A DNA stretch of 64,000 bases from Candidatus Latescibacterota bacterium. GTDB lineage: Bacteria; Latescibacterota; UBA2968; UBA8231. Below, piece after piece: positions 42,841 to 53,449 of the stretch. Each line of letters opens with the position of its first letter. Position 1 is the stretch's first letter. Both the position numbers and the translations under genes were made by a program. The stretch covers positions 4,704,001-4,768,000 of the forward strand of contig CBDETY010000003.1 in assembly GCA_965243025.1 (NCBI GenBank), in the 5' to 3' direction. The notes beneath the pieces are model-generated. The model was not told the origin of the DNA. It ran no database searches and was given only the letters and a program-made list of their open reading frames with translations.

Positions 42841-45800
42841 ATGACACCGGCATCCTCCCTCGACCACATCGCCCGCAAGACGGCGCTGACCGCCGCTTTC
42901 AAGGAGACCGTGAGGCGTCTGCAGGAGGGGGAGCAGGAAGTTCTTCTTCACGGAATGCCGGGAACGCTCGCAGCCTTCCTGGCAACCCACGTGCAGCGGT
43001 CGACGAACCGGCCGCTGCTGGTAATCACCAGCGATGAAGACCGCGCCGAAAGCTGGCGCGACGACCTGCTGGCAATCGCCGGCGAGGATGTGGTTCGCTA
43101 CTTCCCGGCATGGGACGTCGGCCTGTACGACGGGCGCTCCCCATCCGAGGAAGTAACCCGGCTGCGCGTCGAAGCGGTGGCGCAGCTGGCGGCGCGGGAG
43201 CCCACCATCACCGTTGCCCCCGCCGCCGCCCTGGTGACGCCTGTGATCCCGCCGCATGCCCTCGAGCATGGGACCCTGTCGTTGCGGGCAGGAGAAGAGC
43301 GGGCCCCCGGAAGCCTCTCCTCGCACCTGGCCGACGCCGGCTTCGAACGCGTTCCGATGATCGATGGAGCAGGGCAGTTCAGCGTCAGGGGCGGCATCGT
43401 CGACGTCTTCCCCTTCGGCCTCGAACAGCCCCTGCGTCTCGAGTTCTTCGGAGACGAGATCGAGTCCATCCGCCAGTTCGACATCGCCACCCAGCGCTCG
43501 TTGAGCGGGATGAAAGAGGCGAGCGTGCTGCCGGCGGCCGAACTGCTGCTTCACCCTCCGCTGTTCGAGGATTACGCAGAGGCGATCGAGAAAGCGGAAC
43601 GCGACCACGAGGTCAACCTCGACCGCCTGAAGGACCAGCTCGAGCTCGGGGGCTCCCTGGAGGGTATCGAGACCTTCATGTCCCTCCTCTACGGCGGCGA
43701 CAACGGCCTCTTCGAGTACCTCCACGGACCGATCCTGTTCTGCGACGAGACCGAGGAGTTCGAGCCCGAGATCGCCAGGGCGCTCCGGACCTCCGTTGCC
43801 GACTACGAAAAACACCGCGACCGCGCCGACAGCGTGCCGCCCGAGGCGCTGGTTCGCGACGCCTGCTGGCTGCGCCGGCAGGTCTCCGCCCAAAGCCGTC
43901 TGACCCAGGCGCCGATCGGTTCCGCCGGAAACGCGGTCCGCTTCGAGAGCCGCGAGCCCCGCCTCGTGCAGGGAGAACTCACGGTGCTCCGGAAGGAGCT
44001 GGAGACTCTCGAGAGCGAGGGATACGAGATCCACCTCCTCACCGAAACGCAGGGCCAGTCGAGCAGGCTGGAGGAAATCCTCTCCGACGGCTCGGACAAG
44101 CTGTCATTCGGGCTGGGGACGCTGAACCGCGGCTTCGTCTTCCCGGAAGCGCGCATCGCGGTGCTCAACGATCACGAGATCTTCAGCCGCCGCAAACAGC
44201 GCTACCGGTACCGGCGTTTCAAGGCCGCCAGACCGATCGCCTCGCGCGACGCCCTATCCGTGGGCGACTTCGTCGTTCACGTCGACCACGGGGTCGGGCG
44301 CTACCGGGGCATTCGCAGACTGACGCTGAGCGGACGCGACCACGACTGCCTGGAGGTCCTCTACCAGGGGGAGGACAAGCTGTTCGTCCCGGTGGAGCAG
44401 CTCGACCGGCTGCGCAAGTACTCCGGGGCCGACGGGGACCCGCCGCTGCTCAACAAGCTCGGCGGCAACGCCTGGGAGAAGCTCAAGGAGCGCACCCGGG
44501 AAGAGATCTTCAAGATGGCCCGCGAGCTGATACAGCTGTACGCAGAGCGCCAGACGCGGTCCGGTTTCAGCTACGCCGCCGACTCGGCGCTTCAGCGGGA
44601 GCTCGAAGCCTCGTTCCCGTACCAGGAAACACCCGACCAGCTGCGCGCGGTCGAGGAGGTCAAGCGCGACATGGAGGCCTCACACCCGATGGACCGGCTG
44701 GTGTGCGGCGACGTCGGCTACGGGAAGACGGAAGTCGCGGTGCGCGCCGCGTACAAGGCGGTGTGCGACGGCAAGCAGGTCGCGGTTCTCGTGCCGACGA
44801 CGATCCTGGCGCAGCAGCACTTCCTGACCTTCTCCGAGCGCATGTCGCAAACCCCGGCGCGCATCGAGGTAATGAGCCGCTTCCGCACGGCGAAGGAACT
44901 GAACCGGACCGCGAGGGACCTCAAGGACGGCAAGGTCGACATCCTGATCGGCACCCACCGGATCCTGTCGAAGGACGTCGAATTCCGCGACCTCGGCCTC
45001 CTGGTCGTCGACGAGGAGCAGCGCTTCGGCGTCAGGCACAAGGAAAAGCTGAAGCAGGTCAGGCGCCTGATCGACGTAGTGACCCTGACGGCAACTCCGA
45101 TTCCGCGCACCCTGCACATGTCCCTGATGGGCTCGAGGGACATGTCGGTCATCAACACCCCGCCCCAGGACAGACTGCCGATCCACACCGAAATCCTCTC
45201 GTTCGACGAGGGCCGCATCGCCGAAGCGATCACCCGGGAAGTCGCCCGCGGCGGGCAGGTATATTTCGTTCACAACCGGGTGCAGTCGATTCAGCGGCTC
45301 GCCGAGTACCTGGAGGAGCTGTTGCCCGCCGTCCGTTTCGGCGTCGCCCACGGCCAGATGGGCTCGCGGCAACTCGAGAAGATCATGTTCGATTTTCTCG
45401 AGCGGAAATACGACTGCCTGGTCACCACCATGATCATCGAGTCCGGGATCGACATCCCGACGGTCAACACGGTCCTGGTCAACCGCGCCGACACGCTGGG
45501 CCTGGGCCAGCTTTACCAGATCCGCGGCCGGGTCGGCCGCTCGAAGGAACGGGCCTGCGCCTACCTGCTGGTTCCCAAGGGCAAGCGCCTGACCCGCAAG
45601 TCCCGCCTGCGCCTGCGCGCCATCGAGGAGTTCGCCGACCTCGGCTCCGGGTTCAACATCGCCATGCGCGACATGGAAATCCGCGGCGCCGGGAACCTCC
45701 TGGGGGCGCAGCAGCACGGCTTCATCCACGCCGTCGGCTTCGACCTCTACTGCCGCCTGCTCGACGAGGCGGTTCGCGAGCTGAAGGGTGAAGTGGTCGA

Positions 45801-46248
45801 GCCGGAGGTCGAACCGGACATCCGGATCGCCGCCACTGCCTACATCCCTGAGGACTACATATCCGACTCCGACCTCAAGATCGACTTTTACCAGCGGCTG
45901 GCCGACGCCCGTCGAGTCGTGGACCTGCTCGCGATCCAGGAGGAGCTGGAGGATCGCTTCGGGCGCCTGCCCTGGCAGGCCCGGTCGCTGATGAACATCA
46001 TGGAAATCAAGGTGCTGGCGCGGCAGCTGCGCCTGTCGGCGGTGCAGCTGGAAAGATCGCGTTTCCGCCTGGTCTTCCCGGAAGAGGTGCAGGTCACTCC
46101 CGCCGATATTCAGCGCCTGGTGGAGAAATGCTCGTCCGAGCTCGAGTTCGACGTCGCCGAGCGACTCGCGATCGAGACGTTCCTGCGCGCCGGGGACGAA
46201 CAGGAACGCCTGGAAAAGGCGAAACTCGTTCTGCAGGAACTGGTATGA
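42841..46248 (+). CDS. mfd: Transcription-repair coupling factor
   Basis: VRGGIVD, VVHVDHGVGRY, GDVGYGKTEV, DEEQRFG, TATPIPRT and QIRGRVGR motifs. Confidence 0.97.
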   Translation: MTPASSLDHIARKTALTAAFKETVRRLQEGEQEVLLHGMPGTLAAFLATHVQRSTNRPLLVITSDEDRAESWRDDLLAIAGEDVVRYFPAWDVGLYDGRSPSEEVTRLRVEAVAQLAAREPTITVAPAAALVTPVIPPHALEHGTLSLRAGEERAPGSLSSHLADAGFERVPMIDGAGQFSVRGGIVDVFPFGLEQPLRLEFFGDEIESIRQFDIATQRSLSGMKEASVLPAAELLLHPPLFEDYAEAIEKAERDHEVNLDRLKDQLELGGSLEGIETFMSLLYGGDNGLFEYLHGPILFCDETEEFEPEIARALRTSVADYEKHRDRADSVPPEALVRDACWLRRQVSAQSRLTQAPIGSAGNAVRFESREPRLVQGELTVLRKELETLESEGYEIHLLTETQGQSSRLEEILSDGSDKLSFGLGTLNRGFVFPEARIAVLNDHEIFSRRKQRYRYRRFKAARPIASRDALSVGDFVVHVDHGVGRYRGIRRLTLSGRDHDCLEVLYQGEDKLFVPVEQLDRLRKYSGADGDPPLLNKLGGNAWEKLKERTREEIFKMARELIQLYAERQTRSGFSYAADSALQRELEASFPYQETPDQLRAVEEVKRDMEASHPMDRLVCGDVGYGKTEVAVRAAYKAVCDGKQVAVLVPTTILAQQHFLTFSERMSQTPARIEVMSRFRTAKELNRTARDLKDGKVDILIGTHRILSKDVEFRDLGLLVVDEEQRFGVRHKEKLKQVRRLIDVVTLTATPIPRTLHMSLMGSRDMSVINTPPQDRLPIHTEILSFDEGRIAEAITREVARGGQVYFVHNRVQSIQRLAEYLEELLPAVRFGVAHGQMGSRQLEKIMFDFLERKYDCLVTTMIIESGIDIPTVNTVLVNRADTLGLGQLYQIRGRVGRSKERACAYLLVPKGKRLTRKSRLRLRAIEEFADLGSGFNIAMRDMEIRGAGNLLGAQQHGFIHAVGFDLYCRLLDEAVRELKGEVVEPEVEPDIRIAATAYIPEDYISDSDLKIDFYQRLADARRVVDLLAIQEELEDRFGRLPWQARSLMNIMEIKVLARQLRLSAVQLERSRFRLVFPEEVQVTPADIQRLVEKCSSELEFDVAERLAIETFLRAGDEQERLEKAKLVLQELV

Positions 46249-47060
46249 CCAGGTTTCATGCCGCCCTTTCGGTGTCGGCAGTGCTGCTCGCCGGCTGCGG
46301 GTCCCAGCGCGACACCTCCGAAATCGTTGCCCGCGTCGGCGACGTGGTCCTCACCGAATCAGAGCTCGCCGACCAGCTCCCGGACCAGCTCGACGAGGAA
46401 CTGGCGGCGCTCGAGCGCAGTCAATTCATCGAGGACTGGGTCGGACAGGAACTGATATACCGGGAAGCGCTCGACCTCGAGGTGCATGAAAGGGCACACG
46501 TGCAGCGTCTGATCGAACAGGCGCGCCGCGACCTGGTAGTTGCTTCCTTCCTCGACAGCGTGTTGGCGAACCGCCCGGTCGATGTCAGCGACGACGCGGT
46601 AGTCGAATACTACCGTTCTCACCAGACCAGCTTTCTGCGCAGCCGGGCGGAGACAAGGGCGCAGCACATTCTGCTGGCCACCCGCGACGGCGCCGACGGC
46701 CTGCGCCGGAAACTGATGCGGGGCGATTCTTTCGAAACGGCTGCAGAGGAGCACTCCCTCGACCAGGAAACCAAAATGGCGGGCGGCGATCTCGGGTACT
46801 TCACCGCCGACGACCTGCCGGAGCTCTGGGAGGCCTGCAGGAACCTTTCTCCGGGAATGGTGTCGAACCCCGTCACTACGGAGCGCGGCTACCACCTCGT
46901 CCTCGTCCTCGCGCACGAGGCGGCAGGGAGCGTGATGGCGCTGGAACAGGTTCGCTCCGAGATCATCACCACCATCGTTTTCGAAGAGCACCGGCGCCGC
47001 CTCGAAGAACTGGTGGAAACGCTGAAGACCCGGCGCTCCTGGAAAATTTCCGCCAACTGA
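46245..47060 (+). CDS. Parvulin-type PPIase lipoprotein (PrsA-like)
   Basis: Lipobox LAGC; AQHIL, GGDLGYF and GYHL motifs. Confidence 0.85.
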   Translation: MTRFHAALSVSAVLLAGCGSQRDTSEIVARVGDVVLTESELADQLPDQLDEELAALERSQFIEDWVGQELIYREALDLEVHERAHVQRLIEQARRDLVVASFLDSVLANRPVDVSDDAVVEYYRSHQTSFLRSRAETRAQHILLATRDGADGLRRKLMRGDSFETAAEEHSLDQETKMAGGDLGYFTADDLPELWEACRNLSPGMVSNPVTTERGYHLVLVLAHEAAGSVMALEQVRSEIITTIVFEEHRRRLEELVETLKTRRSWKISAN

Positions 47061-47092
47061 TACCGGCTGAAGACCACCGGCTCTCGCAACCA

Positions 47093-48439
47093 ATGACTTC
47101 ATCCCTTCGAAACAAGCTGCGCGCCGCGGCGGTTTTTTCCGCTTTGCTGGTCCTTCCTCCGGGAAACTCAAGGCCGGCGGAGGCGGTTCCGGAGCTGCTG
47201 GACCGCATCGTCGCCGTCGTCGACGACCAGGTGATCCTGTGGTCGGAGCTCAATCTGAGGCTGAGTCTGGAACTGCAGCAGCAGAGGTTGACCTATCTCG
47301 GTCCGGACGAGATCGCCAGGCGCCGGGTACGCACCCTCAACGAGATGATCGACGAGCAGGTCGTCGTTCTCAAAGCGAGGAAGGACAGTCTCGAGATCGA
47401 CTACTCACGCGTCGACGAGCTGCTCAACGCCGAGCTGGGCCGCATCAAGGACAGCATCGATCCGGCCGAGTTCGAAGACATGCTGGAACGCACCGGGATC
47501 AGCGAGCGCCAGCTGAAGACGCGCTATCGCAAACAGATCCAGAACCGCATGCTCTATGAACAGATGCTCGGGCAGCTTGCCTACCGGACTTTCATCACCC
47601 GGGGGGACGTCGAGCAGTTCAGGAAAGCGCACGCCGACACCCTGCCGTCCCAGATTTCCATCAGCCAGATCAACATCAAGGTGAGCCCCTCCCAGGGGGT
47701 TCTCACCCGGTCGATGGACAAGATCTCCCGTATCGAGGAGGAGCTCGAGGCGGGGGGAGACTTCGCCGAGCTGGCGAGGATCCATTCGGAAGACCCGGGC
47801 ACGGCCGCCTCGGGAGGGAATCTCGGCTGTTTCGAGCTCGGCATGCTGATGCCGGAGTTCGAAGTGGCCGCCCTCGAGCTCAAGCCGGAGGAGGTATCGC
47901 ATCCGGTACGCACCAGGCACGGATTCCACCTCATCCGGCTCCACGAGAAGCGGGAAGACGAGCTGTGCGCCAGTCACATCCTCGTGCGTTCCCGGATCAT
48001 CTCCGACGACCGGGCTCGCGCGATGGCTCGCCTGACGGAGCTGCGCGACCGCGCCATGGCTGGAGAGGATTTCGCCCAGCTGGCCAAGGAATATTCCGAA
48101 GACCCGCAGAGCGCGAGGGCAGGCGGCCTCTGGCAGATCCTGGACAAAAGACAGATCCCGCCGTTCCTGCAACCCCATATCGGCCACCTCAAGCTGGGGG
48201 AGATATCGCAACCCTTCATGCTCGAGGAGGACGGCCACATCCTCAAGATCAACGACGATCACCCGACCCTTGAGGCACTGGTCCGGGAAGAGCGCATGAA
48301 CGAGCTCATGGCCCAGCTGATCGAGGACTTCAAGAATGAAATACACGTCGAAAACCGCCTCGACGAGGAACAGTTCCTCTGGGATCCCCGCGAGGCCGGA
48401 AGCGATACCGCTTCGGGCCCGGATGGGGCGCGGGGTTGA
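47093..48439 (+). CDS. surA: SurA-like chaperone/PPIase
   Basis: LDRIVAVVDDQVIL N-domain; two parvulin domains (FAELARIHSEDPG, ASHIL, FAQLAKEYSEDP). Confidence 0.85.
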   Translation: MTSSLRNKLRAAAVFSALLVLPPGNSRPAEAVPELLDRIVAVVDDQVILWSELNLRLSLELQQQRLTYLGPDEIARRRVRTLNEMIDEQVVVLKARKDSLEIDYSRVDELLNAELGRIKDSIDPAEFEDMLERTGISERQLKTRYRKQIQNRMLYEQMLGQLAYRTFITRGDVEQFRKAHADTLPSQISISQINIKVSPSQGVLTRSMDKISRIEEELEAGGDFAELARIHSEDPGTAASGGNLGCFELGMLMPEFEVAALELKPEEVSHPVRTRHGFHLIRLHEKREDELCASHILVRSRIISDDRARAMARLTELRDRAMAGEDFAQLAKEYSEDPQSARAGGLWQILDKRQIPPFLQPHIGHLKLGEISQPFMLEEDGHILKINDDHPTLEALVREERMNELMAQLIEDFKNEIHVENRLDEEQFLWDPREAGSDTASGPDGARG

Positions 48440-48448
48440 CCCCGAGGC

Positions 48449-48757
48449 ATGCCGCGACTCGACGCCTGGCTCAAGAACGCGGGCCTGTTCGCGCGGCGCA
48501 GCGAAGCGAAGAAGGCCTGCGAAGAGGGCCGGGTCACCATCGCCGGCACAGCGGCCAAGCCGGCGCGCGAACCCAGGGTCGGCGACGTGCTTGCTCTCGA
48601 CCTGGAAGACGTCCACGTGGAGGCCGAGATTCTCCGGATCCCGTCAAGGCCGGTGCCGAAAAAACAGCGCCTGGATTTCTTCCGCGTGGTGCGCAGCGAG
48701 CGCCGCAGGCGGGATGAGGTCCTCAGTTTCGACGAGGAGGAGGAAGATTCCCGATGA
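48449..48757 (+). CDS. S4 RNA-binding domain protein (Hsp15/RqcP-like)
   Basis: RLDAWL..RRSEAKKACEEGRV..KPA..VGD motif. Confidence 0.88.
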   Translation: MPRLDAWLKNAGLFARRSEAKKACEEGRVTIAGTAAKPAREPRVGDVLALDLEDVHVEAEILRIPSRPVPKKQRLDFFRVVRSERRRRDEVLSFDEEEEDSR

Positions 48758-48877
48758 AAAGTCCGTCGTCGAAACCGACCCTTTCCCCGCAATCCCCGGC
48801 GGTGGTCGCGGCCATGCCGGCACCTGTCTTTCGCCCGTGCTCCCCCACAGTCGAACTGTAGTTCGGCGAAACCGCAT

Positions 48878-49684
48878 ATGAACGCAGGGCCGGAAAGCTC
48901 TCCGTTCCCGGTGTCCCAGGTCCCTCCCGGCGCCGCCCCGACGCCGCAAGGCCCCCCCTACGAGGGACTTGCCGCCATTTACGATTTCGTGATGAGGCAC
49001 GTGGATTACGTGTCCTGGGCCAGCTACGTCGACGGCCTCCTGAGGAAGTTCGGCAACGGACCCGGGACCCTCGTCGACCTCGCCTGCGGCACGGGCAACG
49101 CCACCCTGCAGTTCAGCAGGCTCGGCTACGAGGTTTCCGGCATCGACGCTTCGGCGGCGATGGTCGCCGTGGCTCGGGGAAAAGCGGCGAGCATCGAATC
49201 TCCGGTGCGGTTCTCGACCGGAGACCTGCGCGGCCTCGAAGATCTCGGGCCGTTCGATGCCGCTACCTGCCTTTACGACAGCTTCAACTACCTGATGACG
49301 ACGGAGGATGTCGGCGCCGCCCTTGAATCGGTGGCAGGCATACTGAAGGCCGAAGGGGTCTTCGTTTTCGACATCTGCACCGAGCGCAATTCTCTCGACC
49401 ATTTCCGGGACGTGCGCGACGCAGAGGAGGGCGCGGGGTTCGTCTACACCCGGCACAGCCACTACGACGCAGAACGACGCATTCAGTTCAATTCTTTCGA
49501 CATCAGCTACGAAGACCGCCGCGTGTGCGAGACACACGTGCAGCGGATCTACGAGCTCGACCAGATGACCGCCTTGATCGCCGCCAGCCGGTTCGAGCTG
49601 TCGGGCGCCTTCGACGGCTTCTCAATGCAACCCGGCTCGGACCGTTCGGACCGGGTCCACTTCGTCCTCCGGCTTCCCGGCTGA
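48878..49684 (+). CDS. Class I SAM-dependent methyltransferase
   Basis: VDLACGTG, GIDAS and CLYDSFNY motifs. Confidence 0.9.
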   Translation: MNAGPESSPFPVSQVPPGAAPTPQGPPYEGLAAIYDFVMRHVDYVSWASYVDGLLRKFGNGPGTLVDLACGTGNATLQFSRLGYEVSGIDASAAMVAVARGKAASIESPVRFSTGDLRGLEDLGPFDAATCLYDSFNYLMTTEDVGAALESVAGILKAEGVFVFDICTERNSLDHFRDVRDAEEGAGFVYTRHSHYDAERRIQFNSFDISYEDRRVCETHVQRIYELDQMTALIAASRFELSGAFDGFSMQPGSDRSDRVHFVLRLPG

Positions 49685-49698
49685 GCGGACGCTTTCCG

Positions 49699-50652
49699 AT
49701 GAGCCTTCCCGACTTCGACGCGGCGACCGCCTTTCTCGGACGCGCCGGCTCATTCGTCGTGACCTCCCACGTCAACGGCGACGGGGATTCGATCGGCAGC
49801 TGCCTGGCAATGGCCGACTTCCTGTCCGGGAAGGGAAAGTCCGCAACCGTCATTCTCGACGATGTTCCCGACAGGTTCGATTTCCTTCCGGGATTCGACG
49901 AAATTCAACGCGCGGACGAACGGGAGGGAACGGGCGCCGACGCCGCGGTGGTCCTCGACTGTCCGTCCCTGGACCGCATCGGTTCGGTCGAAAACTGCCT
50001 GGGTGCCGACACGGCGATCCTCAACATCGACCACCACAAGGGAAACCGGTATTTCGGCATTGCCAACCTGGTTTCCGAGGAAGTCAGCTCGACGTGCGAG
50101 CTGCTGTTCCACCTGTTCGCGGCGATGGATCTGAAGATCGATGCGCCTCTGGCCGAAAAGCTTTATACCGGGATTCTGTTCGACACCGGAAGCTTCCGGT
50201 ATTCTCTCACGACTTCCCGCAGCCATGAAGCCGCAGCACAGCTGATTCGCTGCGGGGCGCGCCTCGACTTCGTCGCTGACCGCCTTTACAACAAACGCTC
50301 CCTCGGGGAGATAAAGCTGCTCGGCAAGGCGGTCGAGTCGCTGTCGCTCCGCGGCGAAGGCCGCATCGCTCTGCTTCACCTTTCCCACGATGACATGCGC
50401 ATGGGAGACCCGGAGGAAGTGGTCAACTACGGAATGATGATCGAAGGCGTGGAAGTGGCCGCCCTGTTGAAGGAGGAAAAACCGGGACAGTTTCGCGTCA
50501 GCCTGAGATCCCGGAGCGAGGTCGACGTCAGCGCCGTGGCCTCGCGTCTGGGCGGGGGCGGACACGAACGCGCAGCCGGCTGCCGCCGCCAGGGAGACCT
50601 GGCATCGGTCACGGCTGCGGTCATCGGTGAAATCGAGAAGGGGCTGGCGTGA
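49699..50652 (+). CDS. nrnA: DHH/DHHA1 oligoribonuclease/PAP phosphatase
   Basis: DGDSIGS, IDHH, DTGSF, SLRS and GGGGH..AAG motifs. Confidence 0.9.
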   Translation: MSLPDFDAATAFLGRAGSFVVTSHVNGDGDSIGSCLAMADFLSGKGKSATVILDDVPDRFDFLPGFDEIQRADEREGTGADAAVVLDCPSLDRIGSVENCLGADTAILNIDHHKGNRYFGIANLVSEEVSSTCELLFHLFAAMDLKIDAPLAEKLYTGILFDTGSFRYSLTTSRSHEAAAQLIRCGARLDFVADRLYNKRSLGEIKLLGKAVESLSLRGEGRIALLHLSHDDMRMGDPEEVVNYGMMIEGVEVAALLKEEKPGQFRVSLRSRSEVDVSAVASRLGGGGHERAAGCRRQGDLASVTAAVIGEIEKGLA

Positions 50653-51566
50653 ACCTGGTAACCCTCAAAGACTGGAGCCGCCAGGACATCCTGGCGGTGG
50701 TCCGGGAGGGCGCCGCTCTCCGGCGGGACACGAGCCGCCATCGGAACGCTCTCGCCGGGAAGACCCTGGCGCTGCTGTTTCAGAAGACTTCGACGCGGAC
50801 GCGCTGCTCGGGCGAGATAGGGATGGTGCAACTCGGCGGGCAGTCCGTCTACCTCGACTGGACGACCACGAACTTCGCCCTGGCGGAACTCGGAGACGAG
50901 GTGCGGGTGCTGTCCTCTTACTGCGACTTCATCGTCGCCCGCCTCCTGCTTCACAAGGACGTGCTCACGACGGCGGAAAGCTCGATGGTACCGGTGATGA
51001 ACGGCTGCTGCGACCGCTACCACCCCATGCAGATCCTCGCGGATCTGCAGACCATCCAGGAAACTTTCGGACGCCTCGAGGGAATCCGCCTGACCTACAC
51101 CGGGGTCCACAACAACGTCACCAACTCCCTGATCGCAGCAGCCGCGAAACTCGGCATGGAGATCATCGTCGTCGCCCCCGAAACCAACCCTGCGGCCATG
51201 GACGAGGAGCTCTTTCAGGAAGCCCGGAATCTGGGTGCCTTCCGGACCTCCGGGGACCTGCGCGCCGCGGCCGAGGAGAGCGACGTCATCTACACCGACA
51301 CCTGGATCGACATGGAGTACTTCGCGGATCCGGCATTCGCCAGGGAGAAGGAACGGCGCATCGAGGAGTTCCAGCAGTACCAGGTAAACCGCGAGCTGCT
51401 GCGCGGCCTCGATACGCGGGTAATGCACTGCCTGCCAGCCCACCGGGGGTACGAGATCGAGGGTGAGCTTCTCGACGATCCCCGCTCGCTGATCTATCCG
51501 CAGGCGGAAAACCGCCTCCACAGCCAGAAGGCGGTGTTGCTGAAGGTCGCAGGCCTGCTGGATTGA
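50649..51566 (+). CDS. argF: Ornithine carbamoyltransferase
   Basis: STRT, HPMQ, NNV, HCLP and QAENR motifs. Confidence 0.88.
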   Translation: MNLVTLKDWSRQDILAVVREGAALRRDTSRHRNALAGKTLALLFQKTSTRTRCSGEIGMVQLGGQSVYLDWTTTNFALAELGDEVRVLSSYCDFIVARLLLHKDVLTTAESSMVPVMNGCCDRYHPMQILADLQTIQETFGRLEGIRLTYTGVHNNVTNSLIAAAAKLGMEIIVVAPETNPAAMDEELFQEARNLGAFRTSGDLRAAAEESDVIYTDTWIDMEYFADPAFAREKERRIEEFQQYQVNRELLRGLDTRVMHCLPAHRGYEIEGELLDDPRSLIYPQAENRLHSQKAVLLKVAGLLD

Positions 51567-51680
51567 GCCGCCTCGAAACGGGGCAGTCCACCGGAGGCCG
51601 ATGCACTTTTCAGCGAAGCCGGCGGCATCGGTGGCCGATGTCCGGCATGCGGGGACGCCTGTCCGTTGCCCCCCGGGGAC

Positions 51681-52172
51681 TCAGGGCCGCGAACCTGTCT
51701 CCCGGCCCGGGCCGTTCCGGCTCCCCCCCTTTTTTTCAATCAGCCTGACCTCCGACAGCACCATCTCCCGATCGACCGCCTTGCACATGTCGTAGATCGT
51801 AAGCAATGCCGCGGTCACCGAGGTCAGGGCTTCCATCTCCACTCCGGTCCTGGCCGAAATCCTCGCTTCCGCCCACACCCGTACGCGGTCCTCGGCGATC
51901 TCGAACTCCAGGTCGACCGCGGTGAGGTTGAGGGGGTGGCAGAGGGGGATCAGATCCGCGGTCCGCTTGGCCGCCATGATGCCGGCGAGACGGGCGGTCT
52001 CGATCACGTTCCCCTTGGCGATCCGGTTGCCCGTGATCAGGCGAACCGTGTCCGCCTGCATGAGGATCTCGCCCCGGGCCCGCGCCAGCCGGTCGGTGAC
52101 CTCCTTGCCGCTGACGTCGACCATGCGCACGCGGCCCGACTCGTCGACGTGGGTGAGCCTGGAATCCGCCAT
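51681..52172 (-). CDS. moaC: Cyclic pyranopterin monophosphate synthase MoaC
   Basis: MVDVSGK, LIPLCHP, TGVEMEAL and YDMCKAVD motifs. Confidence 0.96.
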   Translation of the reverse strand: MADSRLTHVDESGRVRMVDVSGKEVTDRLARARGEILMQADTVRLITGNRIAKGNVIETARLAGIMAAKRTADLIPLCHPLNLTAVDLEFEIAEDRVRVWAEARISARTGVEMEALTSVTAALLTIYDMCKAVDREMVLSEVRLIEKKGGSRNGPGRETGSRP

Positions 52173-52192
52173 GTGTCAGGATGGATGGGGGC

Positions 52193-53449
52193 CTACCCCA
52201 TGTTGCCGACTATGGCCGCCCCGAACTCGGAGCACCTCACCTCGGTTGCGCCCTCCATAAGGCGGGCGAAGTCGTAGGTCACGACCTTGGTGCCGATGGT
52301 GCGCTCGAGACCGTCGACTATCAGGTCGGCCGCTTCGTTCCACCCGAGGTGGCGAAACATCATCTCCCCCGAGAGGATCACCGAGCCGGGGTTCACCTTG
52401 TCCTGGCCGGCGTACTTGGGAGCGGTGCCGTGGGTCGCTTCGAAAATGGCGTGCCCCGACTGGTAGTTGATGTTGCCGCCGGGGGCAATGCCGATCCCGC
52501 CAACGCAGGCGGCGAGGGCGTCGCTGATGTAATCACCGTTGAGATTGAGGGTGGCGATGACGGCGTACTCCGCCGGGCGCGTGAGGATCTGCTGCAGAAA
52601 AGCGTCGGCGATCACGTCCTTGACGACGATCCGGCGGCCGTCCGCCTGCAGGCCAACCCAAGGTCCCCCGTCGATCTCGGCGCCCCCGTACTGCTCCTTC
52701 GCCAACTCGTACCCCCAGTCGCGGAAAGCGCCCTCGGTGAACTTCATGATGTTCCCCTTGTGCACGAGGGTTACGCTGTCGCGGCCGCGATCGACCGCGT
52801 AGTCGATGGCCGCCTTTACGAGCCGGGAGGTGCCCTCCCGCGACACCGGCTTGATGCCGAAGGCGGCCGTATCGGGAAAACGCACCTTGGCGAAGCGCTC
52901 GGAAAAGTGCTTTCCCATCAGGTCGCTGAACCGCGAGGTATCGGCGTCGCCGCACTGAAACTCGATGCCGGCGTAGATGTCTTCGGTGTTCTCGCGGAAG
53001 ATCGCCATGTCGACGAGCTCGGGCTGCCGCACCGGAGACGGCACCCCATCGAAGTGACGCACCGGCCGCAGGCAGACGTAGAGGTCGAGGATCTGCCTGA
53101 GGGCGACGTTCAGACTGCGGATGCCGCCTCCGACCGGCGTTGTCAGCGGCCCCTTGATGCCGACCAGGTAGTCGCGGAACGCCTCGACCGTCGCCCCGGG
53201 CAGCCAGTCCCCGGTGGTGTCGAACGCCTTCTGACCGGCAAGCACTTCCATCCAGGCTATGGCGCGACCGCCGCCATATGCCTTCTCGACGGCGGCGTCG
53301 AATACGTTCGAAGCCGCAGCCCATATGTCGGGCCCGGTGCCGTCCCCCTCTATGAACGGAATGACGGGATTGTCGGGAACCTGCAGACCGCCGCTCTCGG
53401 CGCTGATCCGCTGTCCCCGCGATGGTACTGCGGGTTGCCAGTCGGTCAT
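52193..53449 (-). CDS. icd: NADP-dependent isocitrate dehydrogenase
   Basis: [31 protein letters not shown] and [11 protein letters not shown] motifs. Confidence 0.96.
   Translation of the reverse strand: MTDWQPAVPSRGQRISAESGGLQVPDNPVIPFIEGDGTGPDIWAAASNVFDAAVEKAYGGGRAIAWMEVLAGQKAFDTTGDWLPGATVEAFRDYLVGIKGPLTTPVGGGIRSLNVALRQILDLYVCLRPVRHFDGVPSPVRQPELVDMAIFRENTEDIYAGIEFQCGDADTSRFSDLMGKHFSERFAKVRFPDTAAFGIKPVSREGTSRLVKAAIDYAVDRGRDSVTLVHKGNIMKFTEGAFRDWGYELAKEQYGGAEIDGGPWVGLQADGRRIVVKDVIADAFLQQILTRPAEYAVIATLNLNGDYISDALAACVGGIGIAPGGNINYQSGHAIFEATHGTAPKYAGQDKVNPGSVILSGEMMFRHLGWNEAADLIVDGLERTIGTKVVTYDFARLMEGATEVRCSEFGAAIVGNMG

Noticed and set aside
43110-45791. Very long alternative-frame or antisense ORFs (also 7687-10284, 22832-24673, 54335-56071, 32455-34776)
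   Set aside because: Expected shadows of high-GC codon bias over well-identified genes.
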